64,000 bases of DNA from an uncultured Clostridia bacterium (lineage in GTDB: Bacteria; Bacillota; Clostridia; Oscillospirales; CAG-272). Positions within the stretch are counted from its first letter, which is position 1. Every line of letters begins with the position of its first letter. The DNA is taken from assembly GCA_944381075.1 (NCBI GenBank), contig CALWJT010000016.1, forward strand, positions 4,155 through 68,154. The letters are read 5' to 3'. The position numbers and the translations under genes are program-made. Below are positions 9,952-20,574 of this stretch, piece by piece. The notes beneath the pieces were generated by a model that saw only the letters and a list, made by a program, of their open reading frames with translations, did no database searches and had not been told where the DNA came from.

Positions 9952-10185
9952 TCAACGGTCGGAATCCGGACGATAGGATTTCGGCACGTCGGTAAGTCCG
10001 ATCAGATAGTCCGCCGACAAATCGTAAAACTCGCACAGAACAATAAGATCGTCGATTTTCAGCTCCGCCCTTCCTGTCTCGATATGGTTGTATCCCTGCT
10101 GGGATTTATGCAGCAGAGCCCCGATCTGCTCCTGGGTAAAATCGCGGTCCTCTCTGACGCTTCGGATCCTGGAACGATAGTCCAT
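9952..10185 (-). CDS. XRE-family HTH transcriptional regulator
   Basis: RIRSVREDRDFTQEQIG...YNHIETG...LCEFYDLSADYLIG; GGAGG RBS before ATG 10185. Confidence 0.85.
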   Translation of the reverse strand: MDYRSRIRSVREDRDFTQEQIGALLHKSQQGYNHIETGRAELKIDDLIVLCEFYDLSADYLIGLTDVPKSYRPDSDR

Positions 10186-10225
10186 ATAGCTCTCCTCCCT
10201 TGCCACTTTGGAAAAATCGTATCAC

Positions 10226-10270
10226 ACTCAATTATTGAGTATTGACAAACACTCAATAATTGAGTAGAAT
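10226..10270 (+). promoter_or_regulatory. Two palindromic operators overlapping a sigma-A promoter
   Basis: ACTCAATTATTGAGT (10226-40) and ACTCAATAATTGAGT (10251-65) flank TTGACA (10242-47); TAGAAT at 10265-70, 17-bp spacer. Confidence 0.75.
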
Positions 10271-10304
10271 AAAAAAGAAATTTGGCTAAAAAGGAGGAGC
10301 GGCG

Positions 10305-10730
10305 ATGAAATATCCGCAAACGTTCCCGCGGCGAAAGAAAAAGCCGGACAAGCCTTTCCGGAGGTTCCGAGGCCGCGCGGCCGCCGCAGGCACAAAGCTT
10401 CGCATCGACAGGATCTGCAATTCTCTGCTCGGCGGCGTCGGGACGGTCTCCTGCGCGCTGCTCGTGGCCATTTCCCTGCATACAAAAAGCCTTGGAGAGC
10501 TGTTTGCATGGACGGCCGCCATTCTCGCCGCCGCAGGACTATTCGCCTGCGGACTGCTTCTTGTCAAACGGTATGCGGCAGCTCTTCCGGAAAGCGCGCC
10601 GTCCCTGCCCGTCGGAAGAAACCGAAGATTCCGGCATCCGGGGCGCCGGCGGATGCCAAAAAAGCGGTGCCGGCGCGGAAACGTGATTTCAAAAAGAAGA
10701 AATCAAAAGAGAAATCACATCAAGCATTGA
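10305..10730 (+). CDS. Hypothetical membrane protein (two hydrophobic segments)
   Basis: AAGGAGG RBS and promoter upstream; LLGGVGTVSCALLVAISL and LFAWTAAILAAAGLFACGLLLV; C-terminus uncertain. Confidence 0.45.
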   Translation: MKYPQTFPRRKKKPDKPFRRFRGRAAAAGTKLRIDRICNSLLGGVGTVSCALLVAISLHTKSLGELFAWTAAILAAAGLFACGLLLVKRYAAALPESAPSLPVGRNRRFRHPGRRRMPKKRCRRGNVISKRRNQKRNHIKH

Positions 10731-10811
10731 CTTTTTATTGATCATAAATTATACTGATATTGATAAAATCAAAAAATACACCGGCCAATTTTGATGGAGG
10801 AGGAATCGGCA

Positions 10812-11412
10812 ATGGATTCAAATCTGCCAAGGAAAAAAATCGAAAAAGATCCGCCTTCTGCTTGGGATCTTGCTTCTCGTCCTTGTTTTTCTCTGCGCCT
10901 ATCTTGCCGCGGCGGGATATTTCAGCTTATGGATAGACGGGATGCGCTATGTTGTGTACGATCTGAACCGCTATGCTTACACTTATAAAACCATAGAAGA
11001 GACCGAGCCATTTACCATCAGCCTGCGCGACCCAGGCAGCAACAAGGGCATGGTCGTTTATGACGGCGGGACCTGCCGCATCGAGGTCTCCGGCGTCGAT
11101 GCGCAGGATGGGCACTACCGGATCCATTTCCGTTCCTACGGCAGCTATGACATAGACGGCGCTACACTCATTTCGGCAAGAAAGCATGACATCCGGCGCG
11201 GCAGGATCTCTTCGGCCGGCGACCTCGATGCTGCCCTTGTCTGCGTTGCAGACGATCATTCCTATTCCTGCAAGGTTGCCGGCACCGCCGGCGTCTATAA
11301 AAACGGCGATTCCTTCAGCTTCCACATTCCGGACGAAGCGGTGACGGAGCAAACAGAAACCCTCACCCTTGTGTTTCATCATCTGATCCGTAACCGGTGG
11401 TATGAGCCTTAA
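10812..11412 (+). pseudogene. Membrane-anchored hypothetical protein with a +1 frameshift in an A7 tract (10833-10839)
   Basis: TTGACT-17-TATACT promoter (10727-10755) and GGAGGAGG RBS before ATG 10812; deleting one A joins MDSNLPRKK to SKKIRLLLGILLLVLVFL... in the 10870..11412 frame. Confidence 0.6.
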
Positions 11413-11905
11413 CCAAAAGCAATGCCGCAAGGGGCCTTGCCTTTGGCGTTGGTTTTACCATCTCTCTTATGTCGTCCGTGTTTCAGCAGCCATGATGGAC
11501 CAATCCGGAGAAAATAAGGTTACAGCCTATCATCGTTCTGACAGAGACGGAAAAGGGGGATTCGGATTTCGTATGCGGGACAAGGGGATTACGCCCTCAT
11601 TGAGCACTGTACTCCACGCTTTATCAATGGTACGGAAGCTGTACATACGACGCCAATTTTTCGTCCTTTGAAGGTGCTGCAACCGCATATTATATTCATA
11701 CGTATTCAACATCCAATATCGACGGCATCGAATTTGGTCTGGATGGAAAAACTGCAGGAGTACAATTCGATATCTCAGAGGAAGAGCTTTCCATGACGGC
11801 GTATAGCAGCGATACGCCAATGAATCAATACGGAAATTCAAAATACGGTTTGACATTGCTTGTGTTAAGAAAAAAGAGAAGCCGCCGCTCCTCTTTTTTC
11901 TTATT

Positions 11906-13384
11906 TTACAAAATGATGCAGATCAGTCCGCCGCTGCCCTCGTTGATGATACGCTGAAGCGTCTCCGAAAGCTTTGCGCGCGCATCGTCCGGCATATGCG
12001 CAAGCTTATTGTGAAGTCCCTCGTTCATCAGCTCATATAAGGACTTACCGAACATATTCGTATCCCAGAGCTTTCTCGGGTCCGTCTCAAATTCGCGCAG
12101 CAAGAAGCCGATCAGCTCCTCCGACTGCTGTTCAGTGCCGACGATCGGAGAGACCTCCGCCGTGATGTCCGCCTTGATCATATGAATGCTCGGCGCGGAG
12201 GCGCGAAGCTTCACGCCGTAGCTGCCGGCCTGCTTGACCATCTGCGGTTCCTCCAGCTTCAGGTCATAAAGGTCCGGCATGACGATGCCATAGCCGGTCT
12301 CCTCTACCTCGTCGAGCGCCGTCTTGACCTTGTCATACTGCTTTTTGACGTCGGCAAGCTCGACGAGCTGCTTCATCAGCGCCTCGTCCCCATCGATCTC
12401 AAGACCGGTCAGCTCTCCGATAAGCCGATAGAACAGTCCGTCGGCAAGCTCGATTGTGATTTTCGCGCAGCCGCAGCCGAGATCGATCTTATCGATGCGG
12501 ACCTCTTTGATGTACTCGTTTTCATTCGCCTTCTCAAAGCATTTGGCGATGTCGCCCGTGCGCGTCACGCTGGCGGCGCACGCTGAAATCGTATCGTATA
12601 CGGACCTGTGGATCGGATGCGAGCTGTCGAGCGCGTTCATATAATCCGGCAGGTCAACTGAGATCTCCGTGACCGGGAATTCCAACAGCACAAGCTCCAG
12701 GATATGCCGAATGTCGTTTTTGTCAAGCTCAAGACAGTTCACGAGCGCAACCGGCGCGTTGTAGCGCTCCTCCAGGAACAGCGCCAAGGAAACGGCCTCC
12801 TCGCTCTCAGGATGCGCGGAATTGAGCACGATCACAAACGGCTTGTTGATAGCGTGCAGCTCGGACGCGATGCGAGCCTCGCTGTCCACATAATTCTCGC
12901 GGGAAAGCTCGCCGAAGCTGCCGTCGCAGGTCACGAGCACCCCGATCGTGGAATGATCCGTGATGACCTTCTGCGTGCCGATCTCCGCCGCCTTGTCAAA
13001 CGGCATGGCCTCATCCGACCACGGCGTCATCACCATGCGGGGCTTGTCGCCCTCGAAATTTCCGAGCGCCTCGGGAACGATGTATCCCACGCAGTCGATC
13101 ATTTTGACGGAAAGCACGGCGCCGCCGTCGAGCGTGACCTCCACCGCTTCGTCGGGGATGAACTTCGGCTCCGTCGTCATCACGGTCTTGCCCGCCGCCG
13201 ACTGCGGCATTTCATCCTTGGCGCGCTGCTTGTCGTATTCGTTCTTGATATTCGGAATCACGAGCGTTTCCATGAATTTCTTGATGAACGTCGACTTTCC
13301 CGTTCTGACCGGACCCACGACGCCGATATAGATATCCCCGCCGGTGCGCGCCGCGATGTCTTTATAAATATTGGTATTTGCCAT
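11906..13384 (-). CDS. spoIVA: Stage IV sporulation protein A
   Basis: DIAARTGGDIYIGVVGPVRTGKSTFIKKF...TTEPKFIP...RIINEGSGGLICIIL. Confidence 0.97.
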   Translation of the reverse strand: MANTNIYKDIAARTGGDIYIGVVGPVRTGKSTFIKKFMETLVIPNIKNEYDKQRAKDEMPQSAAGKTVMTTEPKFIPDEAVEVTLDGGAVLSVKMIDCVGYIVPEALGNFEGDKPRMVMTPWSDEAMPFDKAAEIGTQKVITDHSTIGVLVTCDGSFGELSRENYVDSEARIASELHAINKPFVIVLNSAHPESEEAVSLALFLEERYNAPVALVNCLELDKNDIRHILELVLLEFPVTEISVDLPDYMNALDSSHPIHRSVYDTISACAASVTRTGDIAKCFEKANENEYIKEVRIDKIDLGCGCAKITIELADGLFYRLIGELTGLEIDGDEALMKQLVELADVKKQYDKVKTALDEVEETGYGIVMPDLYDLKLEEPQMVKQAGSYGVKLRASAPSIHMIKADITAEVSPIVGTEQQSEELIGFLLREFETDPRKLWDTNMFGKSLYELMNEGLHNKLAHMPDDARAKLSETLQRIINEGSGGLICIIL

Positions 13385-13692
13385 ATTCCCCTCCGCATTT
13401 TACCATGATTTTATTTGCTATATGCTTATGCGGCTCGTTCGGGTTTTATGACAGAAGTCGGACATTCTTTCCCCCTGCAAAAACGCCGGTATTTTTCTCT
13501 TTACACGCCGGCGGCTGCCGGCAATGGGAACCGGCCTTTTCCGGCATGAAGCCGCCGTCTTTTACCGGCGCCGGCATTCTACGAATCATTGCCGATGTCG
13601 GCTGCCCGATATTTTTCCTTATGGGAATACCGCTTCTCCTTACGTTAAATCCCGGAAGGTCTAAGAGAAGACTGCCGTCTATTAGAAATTTA

Positions 13693-14067
13693 TCATTCCG
13701 GATAAACCCTCTTCCAGTTATTCAGATCCTGCCATTCCGGCGCAAAAAGATCACCATCCAGCTTTACGGGTTTAAAATATTTGAAATCCGTCGGTTCAAG
13801 CTTCAATATATTCTTTATTATGGTCTCTTTCCTGCAATCCTCGACAATAATTGTAGGAAGCCATAGTAAGCAGACTCGATCCATACTTTTGTCCCAATCA
13901 TGCTCTTGTGCCAAAGACCATGCAGTTATGAATTCAATTATGTAAAGCTCTTCCTCATATTCGACAAGAACATCTCCACGACAGTCTTTCTGAGCCATAT
14001 ATAATTCATATACAGCAGGGTCCATATTCTTATCTTCTGAAATATAGATTTTTACGTTTTCAAGCAT
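13693..14067 (-). CDS. Hypothetical acidic protein (low GC)
   Basis: 124-aa ORF with GGAGGGAG RBS. Confidence 0.7.
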   Translation of the reverse strand: MLENVKIYISEDKNMDPAVYELYMAQKDCRGDVLVEYEEELYIIEFITAWSLAQEHDWDKSMDRVCLLWLPTIIVEDCRKETIIKNILKLEPTDFKYFKPVKLDGDLFAPEWQDLNNWKRVYPE

Positions 14068-14114
14068 AGTGCTCCCTCCTATATGCTGGTATCCATGCGA
14101 TCATGTTTAATCTT

Positions 14115-14747
14115 TTAATAGCCCAGCGGCACAATCAAAATTTTCTCCAGTGAACACAGAATATCGAAAAGGTCCTCCATATGTTTATGAAAGCCGTCAA
14201 ATCTTCTTCTGCTGAGCCAGGGAAAACAAAACACTTCTTTCCTGTTGACATACCCTATCGCCGCCATGCACCGGAATTTTTCATTTCCAACACCCGATAA
14301 CGGGCGCATAAATCTATTTTTGTCAATATGAAACATTTCCCGTATTTCCTCGGGCGTCTCTTTGAAACCGTTCTTTTTGATCCCTTTCAAGACCTGATGC
14401 TCTACCGTTCTTTTGGAAGCAAACAAAGGATATATTTCATCCATATAGCATGAACAGGGCCAAAACCGCTCTAAATCGACGATATGATTATTAACCGTTA
14501 CAGTCAGAGGCGAAGCCAGGCATTTTTGATTCTTTTTATTGCGATCATATTGGTACATAGACAGCAGATAGCTTATGCCCCATATTTCCGAATCAATATC
14601 GCCCGTACGTATATTTAAGCCGCTGACAAAATGATAGGTAAGAAGTCCGCTGAATACATCGCAGGTGGTGTAATAGCAGGATCTGCAATTTATATATCCG
14701 GTATTGGTAATTTCGATGCTTTCTATTTTCATGGCTTCCTCCATCAT
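14115..14747 (-). CDS. Hypothetical protein (low GC)
   Basis: ~205-aa ORF preceded by minus-strand TTGACA(14797-802)-17-TATACT(14774-79); start may be the MKIES ATG. Confidence 0.7.
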   Translation of the reverse strand: MMEEAMKIESIEITNTGYINCRSCYYTTCDVFSGLLTYHFVSGLNIRTGDIDSEIWGISYLLSMYQYDRNKKNQKCLASPLTVTVNNHIVDLERFWPCSCYMDEIYPLFASKRTVEHQVLKGIKKNGFKETPEEIREMFHIDKNRFMRPLSGVGNEKFRCMAAIGYVNRKEVFCFPWLSRRRFDGFHKHMEDLFDILCSLEKILIVPLGY

Positions 14748-15107
14748 CTGCGGGTAAATTCAGCATATATTTCAGTATATATAACAAATTTTGGATTGTC
14801 AATCTCTTCTTTTTTGAGGATGCCGTTCTTTATCCCCTATGAACATATAGATTGCATCCGACAAGGCCCCGTCGATCCGGTAGGCCGCGGGACCGGCATC
14901 GGAAGCACAGCCCATTTTTCCTGACAGGCAAAAAGAAAAAGCCTTCAAAACTGTTCTTTTGAAAAGAACGGGAACGATTTGTTTTCGATAAAAAATTTTA
15001 AGGCGGAATCTGTGAATTTCTCGTTTTTTCTTTCGATATATCTTTACTTTTTCCGAAAACCGTGATATGATATAGGATAGACTGAAAGTATCGGAGGATA
15101 AAAAGTC

Positions 15108-18100
15108 ATGGCAAGAAAAAAGATTTCCATGGACGGCAATACCGCCGCAGCGCATGTATCGTATGCGTTCACGGAAGTAGCCGCCATCTATCCCATTACT
15201 CCGTCCAGCCCCATGGCTGAAATGACGGATTCTTGGTCCGCTACGGGCCTCAAGAATATCTTCGGGGAAAGAGTCAAGGTCATGGAGATGCAGTCCGAGG
15301 CAGGCGCTGCGGGCGCCGTACACGGCTCCCTTGCAGCCGGTGCGCTCACGACCACCTACACGGCATCTCAGGGACTCCTGCTCATGATCCCGAATATGTA
15401 CAAAATCGCAGGCGAGCTGCTTCCCTGCGTCATCCATGTTTCCGCACGCTGCGTCGCGTCCCACGCGCTGAACATCTTCGGCGACCATTCCGACGTTTAC
15501 GCATGTCGTCAGACCGGCTTTGCGATGCTCGCGGAATCCAATCCGCAGGAGATCATGGACCTCGGCGCCGTCGCGCATCTGTCCGCCATCAAGGGCAGAG
15601 TTCCCTTCCTCAATTTCTTTGACGGCTTCCGCACCTCTCATGAGATCCAGAAGATCGAGGTCTGGGATTACGATGAGCTCGCTTCCATGATCGATAAGGA
15701 CGCGCTCGCCGCTTTCCGCGCACATGCGCTCAATCCCAACCATCCCGCTCTGCGCGGCTCCGCCGAAAACGGAGACATCTTCTTCCAGCACAGAGAGGCG
15801 TGCAATCCTTACTACGACGCAGTCCCCGCGATCGTCGAGGACTACATGAACAAAGTCAACGAAAAGATCGGCACAAACTATAAGCTCTTCAACTATTACG
15901 GCGCACCGGACGCCGATCGTGTCATCATCGCGATGGGCTCCGTATGCGACACCATCGAGGAGGTCATCGATTACCTCACCGCCAAGGGCGAAAAAGTCGG
16001 CCTTGTCAAGGTCCGTCTGTACCGTCCGTTTGTTGCGGAGAAGCTCATAGAAGCCATTCCGAAAACGGCGAAGAAGATCGCGGTCCTCGACCGCACGAAG
16101 GAACCCGGCGCGCTTGGCGAGCCGCTTTACCTCGACGTGGTAACGGCGCTTGCCCAGGGCGGCGTCGGCGCGAAAGTCGTCGGCGGCAGATATGGACTCG
16201 GCTCCAAGGACACGACGCCCGCGTCCATCTTCGCGGTTTATGAAAATCTCACGAAGGATGCGCCGAAGAACGGCTTTACCATCGGCATCGTCGACGACGT
16301 GACCGGTCATTCTCTGGAGGAAAAACACGCACCCGATACCGCGCCCAAAGGGACGATCTCCTGCAAGTTCTGGGGACTCGGCGGCGACGGAACGGTCGGT
16401 GCGAACAAGAATTCCATCAAGATCATCGGCGATCATACCGACAAATACATTCAGGCATATTTCCAGTATGACTCGAAGAAAACGGGCGGTGTGACGATCT
16501 CGCATCTGCGCTTCGGCGACAGCCCGATCAAATCCACCTATTACATCACCAAGGCCGATTTTGTCGCGTGCCATAATCCGTCTTATATGCTCAAGGGCTA
16601 TAAAATCGTCAACGACGTAAAGCCGGGCGGCACCTTCCTTCTCAACTGCCAGTGGACGCCGGAAGAACTCGACCGCCATCTGCCTGCGGAAGTGAAAAGC
16701 TATATCGCGAACAACGATATCAAATTTTATACCGTAAACGCCATCGACAAGGCGCGCGAGATCGGTATGGGCAAGAGGACCAACACGATCCTGCAGTCCG
16801 CCTTCTTCGCGCTGGCGAACATCATGCCGATCGCGGAAGCCGTTGACTACATGAAATACATGGCGAAGAAGTCCTATCTCAAGAAGGGCGAGGCCGTCGT
16901 GGAAATGAACTACAAGGCCATCGACGCAGGCGTTGACGCTATCGTCAAAATCGACGTTCCGGCTTCCTGGAAGACCGCAAAATCCGACGGCGCCGAGGCG
17001 AAAGCCGAGGGCACAAGACCGGAGCTTGTCAAATTCGTCAATGAGATCGTGTTCCCCGTCGCAAAGATGCAGGGCGATTCCCTTCCCGTTTCTGCTTTCC
17101 GCGACATGCCTGACGGACAGTTCCCGCAGGGCGCTGCGGCTTATGAAAAGCGCGGTGTCGCCGTGGACGTCCCCGTTTGGCATCCGGAAAACTGCATCCA
17201 GTGCAACCAGTGCTCCTATGTCTGCCCGCACGCCACGATCCGCCCGTTTGCCATGAACGCCGAGGAAGCGGCGAAGGCGCCCACCTCCACCAAATTCACC
17301 GCAAAGATGGTCGGCAAGGGCTGCGAGGACTACAAATTCTCTATCGCGATTTCTCCGCTCGACTGTATGGGCTGCGGACTCTGCGTGAACGTCTGCCCGA
17401 CCAAGCCTGAAAAGAGAGCGCTTGAAATGGTTCCGCAGGAAAGTCAAGCAGATCAGCAGGCAGCATTCGATTACGCGGTCGCACACGTAACGAAGAAACC
17501 GACGCCGTTCGCAGATACCACGGTCAAGGGCTCACAGTTCAATCAGCCGCTGCTTGAGTTCTCCGGCTCGTGCGCAGGCTGCGCCGAGACCTCCTATGCA
17601 AGACTCATCACGCAGCTTTTCGGCGAGAGGATGTATATTTCCAATGCAACGGGATGCTCCTCCATCTGGGGCGGCTCCGCTCCCTCCACGCCGTATACCG
17701 TCAATCGCGAGAGCGGCCGCGGACCGGCCTGGGCAAACTCCCTGTTCGAGGACAACGCAGAGCATGGACTCGGCATTGCGCTCGGTCAAAAGACCATCCG
17801 CGAGAAGCTGAAAGCGAAGGTGGAGGCGCTCATCGCGTCCCATGCCACCGCCGAGATCAAAGCGGCGGGTCAGGAATGGCTCGACACCTATAACGACGGC
17901 AAAACCAACACGAACGCGGCAAAGAAGCTGATCGCGGCGCTGGAGGACGGTATCCTCACAGCCGAGGAAGGCATTGCGTTCTTCTCCTCCGACGAAGCAA
18001 AGGCAAAATTCGGCGACAAATGCCCCGAGATCCTTGCGCACATGAAGGAGCTGAAGGCGACCGGCAAGAACTGCGACTGCGAGGCCTGCACGCTCGCTTC

Positions 18101-18794
18101 GGAAATCCTTGCGGAAAAGGATTACCTCTCGAAGAAGTCCATCTGGATCTTCGGCGGCGACGGCTGGGCATATGATATCGGCTTCGGCGGACTTGACCAT
18201 GTCATCGCCTCCGGCGAGGATGTGAACATCATGGTATTCGACACTGAGGTCTATTCCAACACAGGCGGCCAGGCCTCCAAGGCTTCTCAGCTTGGACAGG
18301 TCGCACAGTTTGCGGCCGCCGGAAAGGCGACGAAGAAAAAGGACCTTGCCAACATCGCCATGTCCTATGGCTATGTCTATGTCGCGCAGATCGCAATGGG
18401 CGCCGATATGAATCAGACCATCAAGGCGCTGGCGGAGGCGGAGGCCTATCCGGGTCCCTCTATCGTCATTGGCTATGCACCCTGCGAGATGCACGGCGTC
18501 AAGGGCGGTATGGGCAACTGCCAGGCGGAAATGAAGCGTGCCGTCGAGGCAGGCTATTGGCAGATGTTCCGCTTCAATCCCGAGCGGAAGGCCGCCGGAG
18601 AAAATCCGCTGACCATCGACAGCAAGGCGCCGACGGCAAGCTATATCGACTTCATCAAGAGCGAGACCCGTTACAGCCGTCTTGTTCAGTCCTTCCCCGA
18701 CAGAGCGGAGACGCTCTTTGCGGAAGCCGAAAAGCAGGCAAAGGCAAAATACGAAAAGCTCCTGAAGCTCAGCGAGCTTTATGCAAACGATTGA
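15108..18794 (+). CDS. nifJ: Pyruvate:ferredoxin (flavodoxin) oxidoreductase
   Basis: MDGNTAAAH, YPITPSS, MQSEAGAAG, two CxxCxxCxxxCP ferredoxin motifs, GGDGWAYDIG ThDP motif. Confidence 0.97.
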   Translation: MARKKISMDGNTAAAHVSYAFTEVAAIYPITPSSPMAEMTDSWSATGLKNIFGERVKVMEMQSEAGAAGAVHGSLAAGALTTTYTASQGLLLMIPNMYKIAGELLPCVIHVSARCVASHALNIFGDHSDVYACRQTGFAMLAESNPQEIMDLGAVAHLSAIKGRVPFLNFFDGFRTSHEIQKIEVWDYDELASMIDKDALAAFRAHALNPNHPALRGSAENGDIFFQHREACNPYYDAVPAIVEDYMNKVNEKIGTNYKLFNYYGAPDADRVIIAMGSVCDTIEEVIDYLTAKGEKVGLVKVRLYRPFVAEKLIEAIPKTAKKIAVLDRTKEPGALGEPLYLDVVTALAQGGVGAKVVGGRYGLGSKDTTPASIFAVYENLTKDAPKNGFTIGIVDDVTGHSLEEKHAPDTAPKGTISCKFWGLGGDGTVGANKNSIKIIGDHTDKYIQAYFQYDSKKTGGVTISHLRFGDSPIKSTYYITKADFVACHNPSYMLKGYKIVNDVKPGGTFLLNCQWTPEELDRHLPAEVKSYIANNDIKFYTVNAIDKAREIGMGKRTNTILQSAFFALANIMPIAEAVDYMKYMAKKSYLKKGEAVVEMNYKAIDAGVDAIVKIDVPASWKTAKSDGAEAKAEGTRPELVKFVNEIVFPVAKMQGDSLPVSAFRDMPDGQFPQGAAAYEKRGVAVDVPVWHPENCIQCNQCSYVCPHATIRPFAMNAEEAAKAPTSTKFTAKMVGKGCEDYKFSIAISPLDCMGCGLCVNVCPTKPEKRALEMVPQESQADQQAAFDYAVAHVTKKPTPFADTTVKGSQFNQPLLEFSGSCAGCAETSYARLITQLFGERMYISNATGCSSIWGGSAPSTPYTVNRESGRGPAWANSLFEDNAEHGLGIALGQKTIREKLKAKVEALIASHATAEIKAAGQEWLDTYNDGKTNTNAAKKLIAALEDGILTAEEGIAFFSSDEAKAKFGDKCPEILAHMKELKATGKNCDCEACTLASEILAEKDYLSKKSIWIFGGDGWAYDIGFGGLDHVIASGEDVNIMVFDTEVYSNTGGQASKASQLGQVAQFAAAGKATKKKDLANIAMSYGYVYVAQIAMGADMNQTIKALAEAEAYPGPSIVIGYAPCEMHGVKGGMGNCQAEMKRAVEAGYWQMFRFNPERKAAGENPLTIDSKAPTASYIDFIKSETRYSRLVQSFPDRAETLFAEAEKQAKAKYEKLLKLSELYAND

Positions 18795-18823
18795 TTGGAT
18801 TTCATACAGAAAAATTTGAAATA

Positions 18824-18860
18824 AAAAGCGGTCCGCCCCAATATGGGCGGACCGCTTTTT
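18824..18860 (+). terminator. Intrinsic (bidirectional) terminator
   Basis: aaaaagcggtccgccc-caatat-gggcggaccgcttttt. Confidence 0.85.
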
Positions 18861-19005
18861 ATTTGCTCGGCAGCTTTCATCATCTATGAAAAGACGGAGC
18901 AAGTACTTTTCTTTTTATACCTCCAATTCAAGTATAAATACCGGTGCGCTTTCCCATAAAAATAGTCTCCGAAAAGATATAAAACTTTTCGGAGACTGCC
19001 AAGGA

Positions 19006-19329
19006 TCAAGATAAAGCGGCCATCATTCCCAACATTATCAACATACCGAAGATGGAGCTGGCAATCGAACAAAGCTCCCCGATGATACTGACGATCAAAC
19101 CGGAAACACTGCCCGAACACTTATATTCCTTTACGCCAAGAACAATCCCGATAATGGAAAGGATATGTCCGATCAAAGCAAAAAGCCATCCAAACAGGAT
19201 CCCAAGGATGCCAAGGATCAAAGGCACCGGGTTAAAAGACCGATTTTCTTCTTTTGCCGGGGTTCCGCAGTTTGGGCAAAACGAGGAAGAGTCCTCCATT
19301 TCATATCCGCATTGCTTACAAAATTTCAT
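19006..19329 (-). CDS. Zinc-ribbon domain membrane protein
   Basis: MKFCKQCG...FCPNCG followed by hydrophobic helices. Confidence 0.8.
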   Translation of the reverse strand: MKFCKQCGYEMEDSSSFCPNCGTPAKEENRSFNPVPLILGILGILFGWLFALIGHILSIIGIVLGVKEYKCSGSVSGLIVSIIGELCSIASSIFGMLIMLGMMAALS

Positions 19330-19479
19330 CGTATTCGCCTCCCTGTCTAAAAATGCACAATTGGTACTTTAAATTGTATCATTCTATTCTATATTTGTCA
19401 ATATAAAATGATATCCCTAAAATGAACGGACAATTTTACGGCATTCCGTATATATAAAACTTTAAATTCTTATGAATGG

Positions 19480-20400
19480 TCATGCATCTGCATTTTCAAT
19501 GATTTCCTGCCGCTCAAAATCAACAATGCCGCTCACTTCAGCGAGGAACGCCTCACGCTCCTCCGCTGTCAGGCGGCGCAGAGGCTTTGTACACTGCCCC
19601 ACCTCAAAGCCCATATGACAGAGGAGCTCCTTTGTGGACGCAATGGCATGATATTGGATCAAAACGGTAATAACCCGATTGATCGTCTGCTGAAGCGTTT
19701 TCGCCCGCTCTACACAGCCGTTCCGGTACGCATCGTACAGCTTTACGAACAGTCCCGGCATCACATTATAGGTCGTGCCGATGCCGGCATCGGCCCCAAT
19801 GGCGAGTCCGCAGACCAGCATTTCATCCGGTCCGTTGATGACGTTGATGTTTCCTCCGTTTATATTTTTCAGCAAGCCCATGGAATAATAGTCGGGATAG
19901 GTCCACTTGATCCCGATGATGTTTTCCACCTTCATGAGCTCTTCTACAAGCGAAACCGTAAGCTTTGTGTTCGCAAGCCCGACGCCGTACATGACAAGCG
20001 GGATCTCCGCCGCGGCGGCGATCTGCTTATAATACTCAATCACTTCTTTTTCCCCATATTGGAAATAGATAGGCGGAATCGATGAAACAGCCGCCGCGCC
20101 GGCCTCTCTCGCATGGACGGCCAGCTCCAGCGTTGTCGGAAGATCAATCGCGCCGACATGCGTGATGACCGGGACTTTTCCCTGCACGGCATCCAACACC
20201 ACCTCTAACAGCTTTTTTCTCGTCTCCTTTTTCAAAAGCAGCCCCTCTCCGGTCGAGCCGCAGATATAAAAGCCGTTCACTCCCTCCGACATCTGCCATT
20301 TGACCAGTCTTTCCGTTTCCCCGACAAGCACTTCCCCGTCCTCGGAAACAGGACTGACGAGTGCGGGCAGAATCCCGCGGAACAATATATTTTGCTTCAA
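19480..20400 (-). CDS. DapA/NanA-family class I aldolase (N-acetylneuraminate lyase-like)
   Basis: GFYICGSTGEG, Schiff-base Lys in IGIKWT, GADAGIGTTYN; TTG start after GGAGG. Confidence 0.88.
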   Translation of the reverse strand: MKQNILFRGILPALVSPVSEDGEVLVGETERLVKWQMSEGVNGFYICGSTGEGLLLKKETRKKLLEVVLDAVQGKVPVITHVGAIDLPTTLELAVHAREAGAAAVSSIPPIYFQYGEKEVIEYYKQIAAAAEIPLVMYGVGLANTKLTVSLVEELMKVENIIGIKWTYPDYYSMGLLKNINGGNINVINGPDEMLVCGLAIGADAGIGTTYNVMPGLFVKLYDAYRNGCVERAKTLQQTINRVITVLIQYHAIASTKELLCHMGFEVGQCTKPLRRLTAEEREAFLAEVSGIVDFERQEIIENADA

Positions 20401-20574
20401 AACAAAACGCCTCCCAATCGATTTATGATATGTTTATTTTACCTAAAATCCCTGAATTTTGCAAGAGACTGGCCGAATTTTAATATAAAATCCTGCCCCG
20501 CTGTCTTTTCTCCGATAAAATGACGTTCATCTGCACAGAATAAGGATGATCCCGTCATGATGGAGGAATATCAA

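Noticed and set aside
11430-11880. Possible gene fragment (...GGFGFRMRDK/...YYIHTYSTSNIDGIEF...)
   Set aside because: Looks coding, but has no start and no family I can name
14799-18902. Long antisense ORFs (895 and 456 aa) opposite nifJ, and similar ones opposite guaA, E1 and the acyl ligase
   Set aside because: Shadow frames of GC-rich genes with no motifs
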